A stretch of 64,000 bases of DNA from positions 28,272,001 to 28,336,000 of the forward strand of contig OX597821.1 of NCBI GenBank assembly GCA_951406725.2. Direction: 5' to 3'. The position numbers were made by a program, and so were the translations under genes. Within the stretch, counting starts at the first letter, position 1, and each line of letters starts with the position of its first letter. This DNA is from Octopus vulgaris (taxonomy: Eukaryota). Positions 42,417-56,220 of this stretch are shown here, in pieces. The notes beneath the pieces are model-generated. The model saw only the letters and a list, made by a program, of their open reading frames with translations. It did no database searches and was not told the origin of the DNA.

Positions 42417-42603
42417 GTCTACCTGTGTGTATGTCATATAATGATAATCGATGAGACGTTAGAGAGATACCCTTTAAAATGGGTCTATATATATATACAT
42501 ACGCAATATATATACATATATATTTATATAAATAATATATAATATATATATATGCACACACATATATATATATATATAGATAAATACACACGCACGCACA
42601 CTC

Positions 42604-42692
<89 letters not shown>

Positions 42693-42819
42693 CCAACGGT
42701 GCAAATAACATGAAATATGTAAACAACGAGCGAAAAACGAGTGAAACACGCGAACAACCAGAAAGATAAGCAGGACGTACGTATTTCATGTTATTTGCAC
42801 CAAAGTATTTAAAATTTTC

Positions 42820-44140
42820 AACTACCTTGAGTGACTAACCGTCTCTCACTTTCACTGACATAGGCATTTCGTGGTTGAATACTTGCAGCTCTGCTTTTTT
42901 TTTTTTTTGCATTACAGTACAATCCTACCTTCCCCGATTCCTGCTCTAATCTGCTCAGCATCTCCTGTACCTGATCTCTCCTTTCTGTTAGTAATGCCAG
43001 GTCATTAGCATGGTCTAGGTCAGTTACTGTTATTGCATGATGCCTTCTACTTCTTCGCCTATGCAGTTTGAATCCCGGTTCTTCTTCCTTGCCCTCGTAC
43101 GTTCTACGCATTACATAGTTCAGAACGATGGCGAAGAGATAAGGTGCTAGCGTGTCGCCTTGTAATACCCCGGCTTTGACTTCAGCAGTGACCCCTCGCC
43201 ATCAGGAATGACCACTTTTGCCCTGGTGTTGCCATACAGCTTACTTATTGCTCTCAGAATTATTGATGGAATATCATATGCTTTAAGTACTTTCATCACC
43301 ATTCCTCTATGTACTGAATCAAAAGCCTTTTCAAAGTCTACATAGATAATGATAGCCTTCCTGCTATGGCTCTTAACTCCCTCTATCAGTCTTCTAAGTG
43401 CAAGAATGTGAGATGTTGTTGACTGTCCTAATCTGAATCCAATTTGATTTGGTCACAATTATTTGTCTATCTTATGTAGTATTCGGTTAAGTATCATCTT
43501 GAGTGGAGGCGCAATGGCCCAGTGGTTAGGGCAGCGGACTCGCGGTCGTAGGATCGCGGTTTCGATTCCCAAACCGGGCGTTGTGAGTGTTTATTGAGCG
43601 AAAACACCTAAAGCTCCACAAGGCTCCGGCAGGGATGGTGGTGATCCCTGCTGTACTCTTTCACCACAACTTTCTCTCACTCTTACTTCCTGTTTCTGTT
43701 GGCCCTGTATTTCAAAGAGCCGGCCTTGTCACTCTCTGTGTCACGCTGAATATCCCCGGGAACTACGTTAAGCGTACACGTGTCTGTGGAGTGCTCAGCC
43801 ACTTACACGTTAATTTCACGAGCAGGCTGTTCCGTTGATCGGATCAACCGGAACCCTCGTCGTCGTAACCGACGGAGTGCTTCCATCCATCATCTTGACC
43901 ACTTTTGCAATAATGGAAGACAGACTCATCGCTTTGTAATTCCCAGCATCACTTAAGTCTCCAGTTTTGTGCAGTGGTGGCAAGACTATCACAGACCATT
44001 CTTTTGGCTTCGCATTGTTATTTAGAGGTTTGTTTGCAGATTAAAGGATAATATCGTCTAAGCCACATCTTTTTAGTACTTCTGGTGAGATGTTGTCAGG
44101 ACTAGTTTGTTTTCCGTCTTTCAGGTAACTTGTAGCTCTA
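42820..44140 (-). mobile_element. RTE-group LINE reverse transcriptase remnant
   Basis: Translation PDNISPEVLK, NQIGFR, HILALRRLIE, VDFEKAFDSVHR, GVLQGDTLAPYLF, DLDHANDLALL. Confidence 0.9.
43503..43888 (+). mobile_element. tRNA-derived SINE, family C, nested in the RTE remnant
   Basis: A-box TGGCCCAGTGG and B-box GTTTCGATTCC. Exact 10-bp target duplication ATCATCTTGA at 43493-43502 and 43889-43898. Confidence 0.95.
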
Positions 44141-44187
44141 TTTTTTTTTATCGTGGTTCTAGAGTCACTGTGTACAGAAGAGAGAGG

Positions 44188-44470
44188 GAGACAAACAACA
44201 TTAATTAGAGAACAAACATTAAATTCGTGTCAATGACTTTATATAACACCACGCTCCCATACACTAGATCATATATAAACATATAAAAAGAATAATTATA
44301 TATAGGACTGCAAAAAAGAAATGCTCAAATGAAATTGAGACAGAGACAAAAAAACATTGATTAGAGAACAAACATCGAATTCGAGTCAATGACTTTATAT
44401 AACACTTTGCTTCCATACATTTGATCATATAAAAATATTACCATGGTCTTCAACATATAAAAGGAATAGA
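44188..44470. repeat. Degenerate ~155-bp direct duplication
   Basis: ttagagaacaaacat..aattcg.gtcaatgactttatataacac occurs twice, at ~44205 and ~44361. Confidence 0.75.
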
Positions 44471-44972
44471 TATATAAAAGCACAGAAGATAAAAAAATAT
44501 ACTTGCACATAAAAATACAAAATATATGGAAATGCCAGTCAAGAAAATGTATGCACATTTGATTAAAATAAGTTATCAAAAGGATTTACTAAAGCGTGCA
44601 AAGCGACTAAAAAACTAAGAAAATATTGATTGACTGAAAAAAAATGGATTTCACTCATTTCAATTAAAAATATGTTTAAATAGTCTGTTTCACAAAAAAC
44701 CATTATAGATTGAAGTCCAAGGCACGTTAGAGAGTTCCACAAATCAAAAAACGTCCATAGCAAAAACCCGGGAGTTCACTGCCGCGGACCGATTACGAGT
44801 TAAAGTGCATCTCGGCAATGAACAGAATGAACAGGAATTTCAAAATCAATTTGTTCAGAAGAGTTACAATACGGCTGCAGAACCTAATTTAAAGATAATA
44901 GCCTATAACAGAAGCAGTGCAAACGTTTCTTACACATCGAATTTGATGTTTGCTCCCTAATCAATGTGTGTG

Positions 44973-45024
<52 letters not shown>

Positions 45025-45075
45025 ATGTCTTATGGCTAAGAGCAAAGTCTAATTCTTATACTAATTAACAGTTTA

Positions 45076-45119
<44 letters not shown>

Positions 45120-47737
45120 TGTACAGGGCAATTTTCTAGAATTTTTAAATTCCAGTTACGTGAAAGCAATACAGAACTTCAAAATAATAATACAAGCAGA
45201 AATTACCTCAAACAGAATTAGTGAATACCACACACAACAGAAAAAACTACTCAGTAAATAAATAAACTTACAAAAATAGAGATCTGCCAAACATTCAGAT
45301 CCAGTTTAAACTAGAAAACAGAATACCTAACACAATATAGATAATTTAAAAGCATCCCTAATAAGAATGCTAACACGAAGGCCCATGTCAATTAACAACC
45401 TCTATAAAAAATAACTGAACAAAGTTACTTTTTAAAAGCTTACTATAAGAGAACAAACTATTCCCTCTTGTGCATAAACCATTGTTGTGGACCCTTTGTT
45501 TCATCAGATAACAAATAAGCAATAGAAAATCACCCCAAAAATGTTATTGGTCAGAGAACATGTACGTCCTGCACGTTTAAGGGGCAATTTCACTCACAAG
45601 ATCAACGACTAATTTTATCAGCTCTGACAAATTCCAAAATCGAATTAACATTGAACGTTCTTAATGTTTTATCCTTTACATTTGTAAGCCACACACTCAG
45701 CTCTCCAAATCACAATACAGAGGAATACGGCTACATTTATCTATCACGTATATGATTTGTTGGCCTCAACAACAACGGACAATATCGGTAAAATCAATGG
45801 CGCGTGACTCTACTAGTCATTTATACCACAAATACATTAGGATGCATTCAGAAAGATGAATATTTTGATAAGTACATAATAATATCTAGCGTCCAAGGAT
45901 ATCACTTCCGGAACATATACTTTTTTGAATGGCACACAGGAATAGGTTTCTCTCATGCACTTGTTTTTAATATGTAGTTACAAGATATATCCCAATCTAA
46001 ACACGTCATACACACAACTTCAAGTGGAGGTGACATACTCACATACACAAATGAGCCCTCGAAAACCACTAGCACATAACAACTCCACTGTATCCTTTTT
46101 TGCTATCAGCTTCATAGAAGATGAAATATAACGACATATGAGTTAGGGAATCACTGGATGTGCAAGCGGGTGAGTTTGATGTTGCAGCAAACTGAATCTC
46201 ACTTGATCCTTTCTCCATATGAAAAGTCCCCCAATCAATGGATCAGATATAGCATCTCAGAAATCTTGTATAAGGGTGTTCTAAAAACAATATCTCTAAA
46301 ACTCAAAGCAGACGAACAAAAAGAGAATACACATTAATAGTTTCACTAGCTCCATGTTCTGTGCTAGCTTACGCACTACTTATAATACGTGCTGCGGAAT
46401 AGTAACTAGCGTAGTCTCATATATTCTAATTTGTCTATTGAAGTTATTACAAACACCATACGCTCATTGATTTTATACGTCTAATCTGGGCAGTGAACCG
46501 AGCGGAACATGTCCAGACGAAGACAATGCACATAGGAATTGGGGATGAATATAAGCAATTGCGAATTGTCCTTAGTTAACGAGAGATATGTTATAAGTTA
46601 GCTGATCTGTGTTACGGCTACTTCTTTGCCTCACAAGATGCGTGTCATGGGTCTGCTTTATCAATATTAATATGGCGCCATACATCAACGACTATGTCTT
46701 TCAAATTATTGTTGGTGTTCGCTGACAAAGAATAATTTCAAGTAATGAATGTCAACTGATTAAATTGTCTTCAACTAGCGATGCAGTATTAAATGGTTTA
46801 ATTAAAACACTGAGTAAAATACGTGAATGATACTGAAATAGTATCAATATGTTTTGTGTGTGAACAAATGTTGTAGTTGAATTTAATGTTGTCATATGCA
46901 GAGGAAAAAGGATAAGCAGAGGTATCTTGGTGCAAATATTGAATGTACAGAACTACAGAGAAAACGGTGTATGGACTAACATATCACTGTATGGTCCCGA
47001 AATACCACAAATTACGTTCCATTGAAATATTAATTTCAGATAAAATAGTAATTCTTGCTTTTGTTGCTCCTTTTTAATATATGTCCAACCTACCTGTATT
47101 TACAGAACCATGCGCGTGCTGAATAATTGGACAACATTCTTGGGCTATTCTCCAGCAAGATAATACCATGTACCCTACAAGTAGATCTGTCCTTTATCCG
47201 CTCTCCTAAAATTGCATGTCATTTTATAGTTAGAACTGCATTTGTTTTATTGTAGGATGTTAGGAAGCATAAAAGATGCTGCTGCAAATTCTGTATTGTA
47301 TCAATTGCACAATTACAGCACCTACATTTACAATTAATGTCAGGCTAATAAATGTTTATTTTGTTATCTTTCTCTGTTATTTGACAAAATAATTTTAAGA
47401 TTTTGCACAATTTCGATCACATTAGAACAGAAGAATGATAATTACTCGAATTTAAATTTCTATTATCTGGATGGTCTCAGGTTATCTCTACACTATTCGG
47501 TCGATCTCTTAGAAAAGACAATTAACTTTCAACGAATCGCCTTTATCAAATGCAAATAGGCTCCCGACAGATGTAGATTAGTGATTCAAATAAAAACAGT
47601 AGAAATGTTATAATTGAATTATTTCTTCCAGAAGAAACTATATTCATTGCAGGAGAACACACATGATTAAATCTATCTCTGTTGTCATACAACATCTCCG
47701 TCCTCGTTTAAACATGCAAATTGTAAAATATAGTCTA

Positions 47738-48100
47738 GGTGCAGGAGTGGCTGCGTGGTAATATGCTTACTTTCCAACCACTTGGATCCGTGCTGTCTCA
47801 TTGCGTGGCACCCTGGGCAAGTGTTTTCTACTAGAGCCTCGAGCAACCAAAGCCTTGCTAGTCGATTTGGTAGACAGAAACTGAAAGACGAACGTCGTAT
47901 GTGTGTGTGTGTTTCCCCTACGAACCGGTGTTGGTATCTTTACGTCCCCGTAACCTATCCGCACAGCAAGACCGATAGAATAAGTAAGAGGCCTTAAAGT
48001 TATAAATGAAAGTACTGGGATTCATCCTTTCCAGTAAATTTCTTCATGGCAGTACCCCAGCATGGCTGCAGTCTAATGAATGAAACAAGTAAAAGAATAA
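47738..48100 (+). mobile_element. SINE family A (diverged)
   Basis: Homologous to 28446-28862. Confidence 0.85.
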
Positions 48101-48248
48101 ACGAATTGAATTTCCGAATATATTTCCGATTTAACGCTGTACAAGTTGTTTAATGAGATGTTTAATTAGATGGAATGTCTGTGGTCATGAAATCTAGTTG
48201 CTTTCTACTCAAAGAATATATATATATATATATACATACATAAATATA

Positions 48249-48291
<43 letters not shown>

Positions 48292-48357
48292 GGTCCCGGG
48301 TTGATTCGGGGTTAACCACAGTAAATAAGGTACTCAATACATAGCAGAGTAAAATTA

Positions 48358-48482
48358 ATTTATTATATAGAAGGAGCTTCTACAGGACTAGAACTGTTTC
48401 ATTCAAGAGAAATCTTCAGGAGCTTCCTGAAGATTTCTCTTGAATGAAACAGTTCTAGTCCTGTAGAAGCTCCTTCTATATA

Positions 48483-48488
<6 letters not shown>
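48358..48488. repeat. Perfect 63-bp fold-back containing hammerhead cores on both strands
   Basis: 48358-48420 is the exact reverse complement of 48426-48488. Each arm has CTGAAGA..ttc/gaa..GAAA-cag-TT. Confidence 0.85.
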
Positions 48489-48543
<55 letters not shown>

Positions 48544-48633
48544 TAGTATATATATATATTATATATATATATATTTTATATATAAATAATATATATATAC
48601 TATATTTATATATATATATAATACACACACGCG

Positions 48634-48669
<36 letters not shown>

Positions 48670-48868
48670 AATATATATATAATATATACATTTTCTGCGA
48701 CGTCTTCATGGTGACCTACCAAATCACAAAATATTTTACTTTGCTTCATCTTCCACAGGCATACGAACGAACATACGGATACATTTTCTCAGGGTCTGGC
48801 TATATGTAACGATGTGTAAATAATTATACTATCACATTCAACAGTACCGTCACAGACGCACAGACATT

Positions 48869-48918
<50 letters not shown>

Positions 48919-48919
48919 T

Positions 48920-49845
48920 ACTATTATTGATTTAACTCTGGTTAGTTTTTATTCCTGGTAGAATATGGGTAGCGGGTTAATACGTGTAATCTGAGTTGTC
49001 CACAAGTTTTCAATAGTCATTGAAAACTTAAGCCCCTCTTGATAATCGTTCCTGTCCCTAAGAGACAAACATTCTATTCTAATCTCCCCCAACCATTTGT
49101 TTATATCTTTACTTATAGTTCCTCATGCACCAATAATTACAGGCCCAAATTTTGCAGTTTTCATACTCCAAATTCTTGCAATTTCAAATGTTTATGGTTT
49201 GTTTTACTTTGTTCTTCATCCCCTTTCTTCATAATCCAGGGATCAAACAGACATGATGGATCAATTAGTAAGCAGCTTGTCTATTATTGTCTATTATTGA
49301 TATGCGTGGTATGATATTTTCTAGATTCTTATACGTTTGGATAGCAAAATCCCACAAAATTTTGAATTTCTCAAACCTCAGCACTCTTTCGACCCAATGA
49401 CCATAACATGTACTTCCAGCTTCAAATCCCGATTTCTGATAAAGCTCCTAGTGTAATACTTTCACCACTTGGTCATGCCTCCATTTCTGATATTCTCTTT
49501 ATGCCATTTTGGGACATTCTGCAACAATGTGTGCCACTGTTCATTCAAATTCCACAGACTACATTTTTCTGACACCTTCTACCCCTACGCATATATTTCT
49601 CAAGTTTTATCGCTTGGTATTGAGCTGCTATAATTAGGCTCTCAATTGTTTTTTCATTGCCCTTTTCTAAGCCAAGCCCAGAAGTTTGTTCCATAGCGGC
49701 TTTCAAAAACTGACCATGAAGAGGGTTCTACTTCAATATGTTTAACATGCTCTCTTTGAATTTCATTCTTATCCTTTTCACCAGTTCCACACTTGAGCAC
49801 CGGCTCCTAATTCACTGTGTTTACTATTTTCTCTCTGTAGTTCAC
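48920..49845 (-). mobile_element. R4/Dong-type LINE 3' remnant
   Basis: Translation PLHGQFLK, ESLIIAAQ, VAHIVAECPKMA, WRHDQV, KILWDFAIQT. The 3' end runs into (TAA)/(TGA)n. Confidence 0.75.
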
Positions 49846-49907
49846 TAACTAGTGTATCTATATATATATGTGTGTGTGTGTCTGTGTGTGTATGTCTGTA
49901 TGTGTGT

Positions 49908-49942
<35 letters not shown>

Positions 49943-50021
49943 ATATTATATTATATGAGGAAATATTATTCCAAATATACTGGGAAAAATTCAATTTAGA
50001 AATACCAAATAAAATTTCACA

Positions 50022-50052
<31 letters not shown>

Positions 50053-50155
50053 CGGAGTAAACACATAAATGTGAAACAAGGTGGAAAAAAGAGTACTCAA
50101 ATACCAGTGGTAGAGTAATATGCTTTATTTTAAGCAGCAGAAAATTCAACAAAAT

Positions 50156-50193
50156 CTGTTACTCTGAGTTTCTCGTTGCCGTTCATCAGACAG
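50156..50193 (-). ncRNA. Type I hammerhead ribozyme
   Basis: ctgt-CTGATGA-acg-gcaa-cga-GAAA-ctcagag-TA-acag: stem I ctgt/acag, GCAA-capped stem II, near-palindromic stem III, GUA triplet. Confidence 0.85.
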
Positions 50194-51253
50194 TTTTTGC
50201 TAGAATGGAACATATATATTAATTCAATCTATACTCTTACAAACGCTACACCTTTAAAAAGAAATGGACTTGTTTGATTGGCCCTTTAGAAAAAACTGTC
50301 AATCTTCGAGCGATAAACAAAAAGGTCAAAAATATATGTATATATATATAAAAACTTATAAAAATTATAAAATCCGAGGAAAATACCGAGGAAAAAACCT
50401 GTTGCCGTTAATGAAGACAGTACAAATTAATGCATAGAAATTAAACCTGTTATAAATACTGCAATACATATTTATATTAAAATCCACATATATATATCAA
50501 CATACACAAAAGGATGCGCGTAAACGCCATACATACACATACAGACGTATGAATATGAATCTAAATTATACACATAAAAGCATGTGTACATATATTCACG
50601 CAAACCGTCTCTCACGCAAGCTAAAATTCATCTATGTAGCAATTCTCATATACTGAGCAAGGAGGGGGAACGAAAGAAAGGGAAAGAGAGAAAAAGGAAC
50701 GGAGGAGGGGTGGGGGTGGGGGAAAACTTGTAGCTATGTTATTTGGCATCTATAGAGGCCTGTATACATACACAAGTTTGAATTGATACATATACATACC
50801 GTCGTGTATATGTGTGCTTAAGCACAAGCATACTTTCACTCACACATACACAGATACGCATGCTTACAAATACATATGCTTTGCTATACACAAACTTATA
50901 TAAACATTCTAAATTTGACAACATTGCTTTTTTTATAAAAAAACATTGCTTTTAAAAAATGGGTGCTTTAATAAAAATATATACGAAAGACCTATAAAAT
51001 AAAATATAACATCCTATTTTGGGTCATTTATAAATAATCAAGGTAATATAAATAATCAAGGTAATCTTATGCAATACAATAACATGAAAACAAAGTTTGT
51101 AGGTTTTTCCTAATATATATGTAGAAACAATAAGACTTTGCTATAGGTCCGTTGTAGCTCTCAAGAGTCAAAATCAAAATCAAAAAATCAAAATACAAAA
51201 TATATACTCTATCCATATGGTATATTTATATTCGACATTTTAAATTTAGCCTT

Positions 51254-52132
51254 GTGCCTACAGTTATCCTTAGCAACTTAGTCAGCAATGTAGGTAGAAG
51301 AATATCTTCAATTTCTTCGGACGAGGCAGCATTCCATAATGCTGCACCTTATTACGATAGCGCATTAAAGAATAGTGGATTCTCGGAGAAGATCCAGTTC
51401 AACCAGCTTAATGCTAATAATAATGCTGCACGAAGAACTAGGACTAGGAAAGTTTTGTGGTTCAACCCGGCTTTCAATTTGGCCGTAAAGACTAATATAG
51501 GTAAGGAATTTTTGAGATTAGTCTCTAAGCATTTTAGGCAGGGTCATAAATTCTACAGAATATTTAATAGAAGAACCCTGAAGGTTAGCTATTCTTGTTG
51601 CAGAAATTTCGCCTCTTACATTAGCCAACATAATAGGAAGCTAATTGAGATTAGACATGGTGCCGAGCCCATTAAGAAATGTAATTGCAAAAACGAAAGC
51701 TCCTGTCCGTTAGAAGGGAAATGTCTAGTGAAAGGAGTAGTTTATAGAGCCAAGGTGCAAGTGGAAGGCTCATCGGAATACAAGACATACACAGGGGCTT
51801 CAGAAAATTCATTTAAAACAAGATTTTATTCTCATAAGAATTCTTTTAAATACCCAGAGAATAGAAAGAAAACCAGCCTAGCAAAATATGTCTGGGAACT
51901 AAAAGAAAAGGAAGCCCCACCTTTCAACGTGACATGGAGCATTCTGGACAGGGCGGCACCATACAGGCATGGAGCTTACAAATATAATTTCAAGTGCAGG
52001 CTTTGCTTATTAGAAAAAATGCATATATTATTCAAAGACAATAATTCTTTGAATCAAAGAAGTGAATTAATGAACTTATGTAGGCACAAGGCTAAATTTA
52101 AAATGTCGAATATAAATATACCATATGGATAG
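51254..52132 (+). CDS. PLE polyprotein C-terminal part (RT thumb, Cys-rich linker, GIY-YIG endonuclease), 5'-truncated
   Basis: Uninterrupted 292 codons with WFNP, SYSC, CNC..CPLEGKC, GVVY..YTG (GIY-YIG), FKTRF..H, CRLCLLEK and LNQRSEL..CRH. The apparent start codon is created by the inversion junction. Confidence 0.9.
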   Translation: MPTVILSNLVSNVGRRISSISSDEAAFHNAAPYYDSALKNSGFSEKIQFNQLNANNNAARRTRTRKVLWFNPAFNLAVKTNIGKEFLRLVSKHFRQGHKFYRIFNRRTLKVSYSCCRNFASYISQHNRKLIEIRHGAEPIKKCNCKNESSCPLEGKCLVKGVVYRAKVQVEGSSEYKTYTGASENSFKTRFYSHKNSFKYPENRKKTSLAKYVWELKEKEAPPFNVTWSILDRAAPYRHGAYKYNFKCRLCLLEKMHILFKDNNSLNQRSELMNLCRHKAKFKMSNINIPYG

Positions 52133-52720
52133 AGTATATATTTTGTATTTTGATTTTTTGATTTTGATTTTGACTCTTGAGAGCTACAACGGACCTATAG
52201 CAAAGTCTTATTGTTTCTACATATATATTAGGAAAAACCTACAAACTTTGTTTTCATGTTATTGTATTGCATAAGATTACCTTGATTATTTATATTACCT
52301 TGATTATTTATAAATGACCCAAAATAGGATGTTATATTTTATTTTATAGGTCTTTCGTATATATTTTTATTAAAGCACCCATTTTTTAAAAGCAATGTTT
52401 TTTTATAAAAAAAGCAATGTTGTCAAATTTAGAATGTTTATATAAGTTTGTGTATAGCAAAGCATATGTATTTGTAAGCATGCGTATCTGTGTATGTGTG
52501 AGTGAAAGTATGCTTGTGCTTAAGCACACATATACACGACGGTATGTATATGTATCAATTCAAACTTGTGTATGTATACAGGCCTCTATAGATGCCAAAT
52601 AACATAGCTACAAGTTTTCCCCCACCCCCACCCCTCCTCCGTTCCTTTTTCTCTCTTTCCCTTTCTTTCGTTCCCCCTCCTTGCTCAGTATATGAGAATT
52701 GCTATATATATATATATAAA

Positions 52721-53018
52721 TTAGAAAAAACACTTTTTATCAATTCAATAATGAAAAATTAAATTATACCATTTAGAAAAATTACAGATAGAAAGATTGA
52801 ATATAAGATAAAACATATAACAATGATTAAGTAATATACAAAATAGTAAATAAAACGTATATATTTGGTAGATATACGTTTTATTTTCTATTTTGCATAT
52901 TACGTAGCCATTGTTATATGTTTAATCTTATATTTAATCTTTCTATAATATGTAATTTTTCTAGATGCTACAATTTAATTTTTCAATATTGAATTGATAA
53001 AATGTGTTTTTATCTAAT
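52721..53018. repeat. AT-rich fold-back with ~145-bp imperfect arms between (TA)n tracts
   Basis: ttttatcaattcaata..aaataaaacgtatat pairs with atatacgttttattt..tattgaattgataaaa; centre near 52868. Confidence 0.85.
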
Positions 53019-53580
53019 ATATATACATATATATATATATACAGAGAGAGAGAAAGAGGGAGGGAGAGAGAGAGAGAGGGAGAGAGAAAGAGAGATACAT
53101 ACATACATATATATTATTATTGTTGTTGTTTTTCTACCAATAAGTACAGTTAGAACAGCTTGAATTGCTGCTATTCAAGGCGGTGCTCTCAGTGGCTACT
53201 GGTAGTATTAAACACATTTGACCTCTGCTGACCCACAGGGAACGAAGATTCATTTGTCTTAATGACTGACCTCCCCACCCCCAGCAGGATCTATTTATAG
53301 ACCTGTATACTATATGATCTATTCACCAAACTGGTACCCAAGTATTTCTCCCAACAATGGTAGTGGTGGTGAAGATGATAAATATAAAAAAATTATACGC
53401 TGCAGCTCCTAATACTAAATACTACTTATATTACAATAATACTGCAACTACTCAGGAATCTGAGGCCCAACATCCATCCTTATCACCACCCCACCCCTGC
53501 TACCGTCGCTGTTGCTGCAACCACTACTGCTACTATACATAAAAACAATAATATCAATGATATCAGTCAGGATGATGATG

Positions 53581-53649
<69 letters not shown>

Positions 53650-53650
<1 letters not shown>

Positions 53651-54000
53651 AAGGAAACGGGTGGAGACTTGTTACTTAATAGTGTTGATTGTTTACTTAT
53701 TTCGTTAAGAATCGACAGATCTTTTCTATTTTTTTTCTATTTTTTGGAAATTAATTAACTATAGGGATTGGGTAGTGGTATTCCTGTTTTGATGGGTTTC
53801 AGGGAGTATTCAGCTTCTTTTGTGGTTGCAGTGTCTACTGCATATATTATGTCATTTAGCTCAGTGACGTTGTCATTTGTTTTTGTGACTATCATTTCCG
53901 TGACGGTCAGGGTTATGTTATTTATTATTGATGTTGCTTTATTGTCTATTTTGATATTTTAATTTTCCGATGAAGAAATCAGACCTTATGTTCATTTTAA
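53650..54000 (-). mobile_element. Probable R4/Dong-type LINE internal fragment, upstream of RT
   Basis: Translation VTELNDIIYAV..TATTKEA and KIEKNRKDLSILNEI. Adjacent to (TAA)n. Confidence 0.5.
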
Positions 54001-54722
54001 TTCCATATTCATAGTCTATAGATCGGCTGATCCTCGTTTCCTCTTTTTATACACCTTACTGTCACCGCTACACAAAATCTACATCTACCACCAACACTCA
54101 TAAAGACAACCACTACTTCAAACTTACCCTCTCTAATAACAATACAACCAGCAACAGCATATTCTACCATCGGCGTCGTCATCATAACTCTTCTGCCTTT
54201 ATCCAATTTTGAACATGCATACTTATATATATCTATATACGTGATGTGCATGCTTGAATGTACCTTTCATCAACAGAGTAAATATCATAATCATCATCAT
54301 CGCCGTCATTCAAAGCACTTGCACCACCGTTGCCACCACCATTGCCATCACCGACACCACAGCCATTATCACAACCAACAAGTCTCTGACACCACTATCT
54401 TCATAATCATTTCTACCAACATCACTCACCAAACTCATCCACATCCTCCACATCTTCCACTTCCTTCTACCCTTCCGCAACATCATCTTCCTACTGTTTC
54501 ACCATGCTATTTTCTCCGAAGTCTACACTGTGCAATTATGCCTCTAATGATATGAATTTTTTCCCCCATCCATTCATTTCACTTATTTAATACAGCATTT
54601 ATTTATCTACTTATCTTATTACGTATTTCCTTCATTAGAGTTCCTTTTGTTTGCATTATCCCACATTGTAAAAAGCCTAATGCACACTTCACATAAATAT
54701 ATGAATAGATATGGATATTTAT

Positions 54723-54753
<31 letters not shown>

Positions 54754-54842
54754 CATACATGTGTGTGTGTGTATGTATGTATGTATATATGTATATATAT
54801 ATGCACATAGATTAAATATCTACACACATACACATGTATATC

Positions 54843-54934
<92 letters not shown>

Positions 54935-54993
54935 TACATATATATATACATACATATGTATACATATATATACATATATATACATATATATAC

Positions 54994-55042
<49 letters not shown>

Positions 55043-55674
55043 TTGTACTTCAATAGATTACGATTGATACCTCTTTATCAGATTGTTGTTGGCTTGTCAG
55101 CATCAGTAGATGTTGTTTTCCACTGATGCTGTCATCGATGTTGTTGCTGCAGCTGTTGTCGTTGCTCTCGTTGTTATTCCTAATGTTGGGATTGTCATTG
55201 ATGTTGCTGTTGTATTTACCTGTATTTCTAAATATTCTAAAAATGGATAGGTAAATAATCTCATTTAATGCAGTTATTGTACTATATGAAATTAACCTGC
55301 CAGAAATATTACTCTGATACACCAGGAAATGTCTGTTTGTTTATATTTATCCCTTTTGGCATTTACTGTATAATTGAAAGTATCTAGATTGGTTTTCGGC
55401 TTGTTTGAATTTATCCTTTTTTCTTTCTTTTTTTTATTTCGCAAGCCTTGCGTGTTAACTCCATTAATATTGCACTTAATTACCTTCTTCATATTTTTGC
55501 AGTTATTATCTCCACCTACTAAAGAGAACAACAACGGCGATGACGATGACGAATAAAACTAATACCCCGCCACCACTGGTACAACGGAAATCGTCATCGC
55601 CATAGTCGACATCATCAACACCACTACTACTAATACTACTACCACCACCACCACAACCACTACCATCAAAACCG

Positions 55675-55733
<59 letters not shown>

Positions 55734-55878
55734 GTCACCATCACCATATGATAGTCGTCGTCGTTGTTTAAGCGTTCAACTGCAATATGAATATCGCGTG
55801 TAAGGTAGTGTATGTATATACACACACAGACACGCACATATATATAATAATATATCCATATATATATATACGTGTGTG

Positions 55879-55925
<47 letters not shown>

Positions 55926-56007
55926 GTATGTATATACGAATATATAATACATACATACATATGTATATATATATACATATATAAATATACAAAAGTATAT
56001 ATATATA

Positions 56008-56052
<45 letters not shown>

Positions 56053-56056
<4 letters not shown>

Positions 56057-56220
56057 AGAGTTTACGAAAAAAACAAAAGACGAAGACAGGTGGTTTACAA
56101 AACAAACAGATGTATTAGTATAACGCTTAGGAATAGAATAAGTATTTTACGTTTCGACCCTACGCGCTTCTACAGAAAGGGACACAGAAAAAACGAGGAG
56201 AGAAACAAGGGGAGAAAAAA
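56053..56220 (-). mobile_element. PLE-derived short element with a variant HHR core
   Basis: Homologous to 62349-62530. ttt-CTGTAGA-a..GAAA-cg-TA-aaa at 56145-56178. The 3' end abuts (TA)n. Confidence 0.65.

Larger units (their letters stand above)
50052..52704. mobile_element. Naiad-type Penelope-like element, 5'-truncated, with an inverted terminal segment
   Basis: 50637-51262 is the reverse complement of 52079-52704, with an ORF between. An HHR lies in the leftward extension. (TA)n at both outer ends. Confidence 0.85.

Noticed and set aside
43503-43575. tRNA-like sequences with A and B boxes (also at other SINE heads)
   Set aside because: They continue into SINE bodies, some with target duplications; they are not tRNA genes.
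46550-47700. Repeat-poor region with several AG/GT signals and short peptide-like stretches
   Set aside because: No consistent exon chain or recognisable domain, and frequent stops.
51254-52132. Selenoprotein-type Naiad (UGA read-through)
   Set aside because: Some Naiads are reported to use Sec, but this frame has no internal TGA and ends in TAG. I did not recognise a SECIS element.
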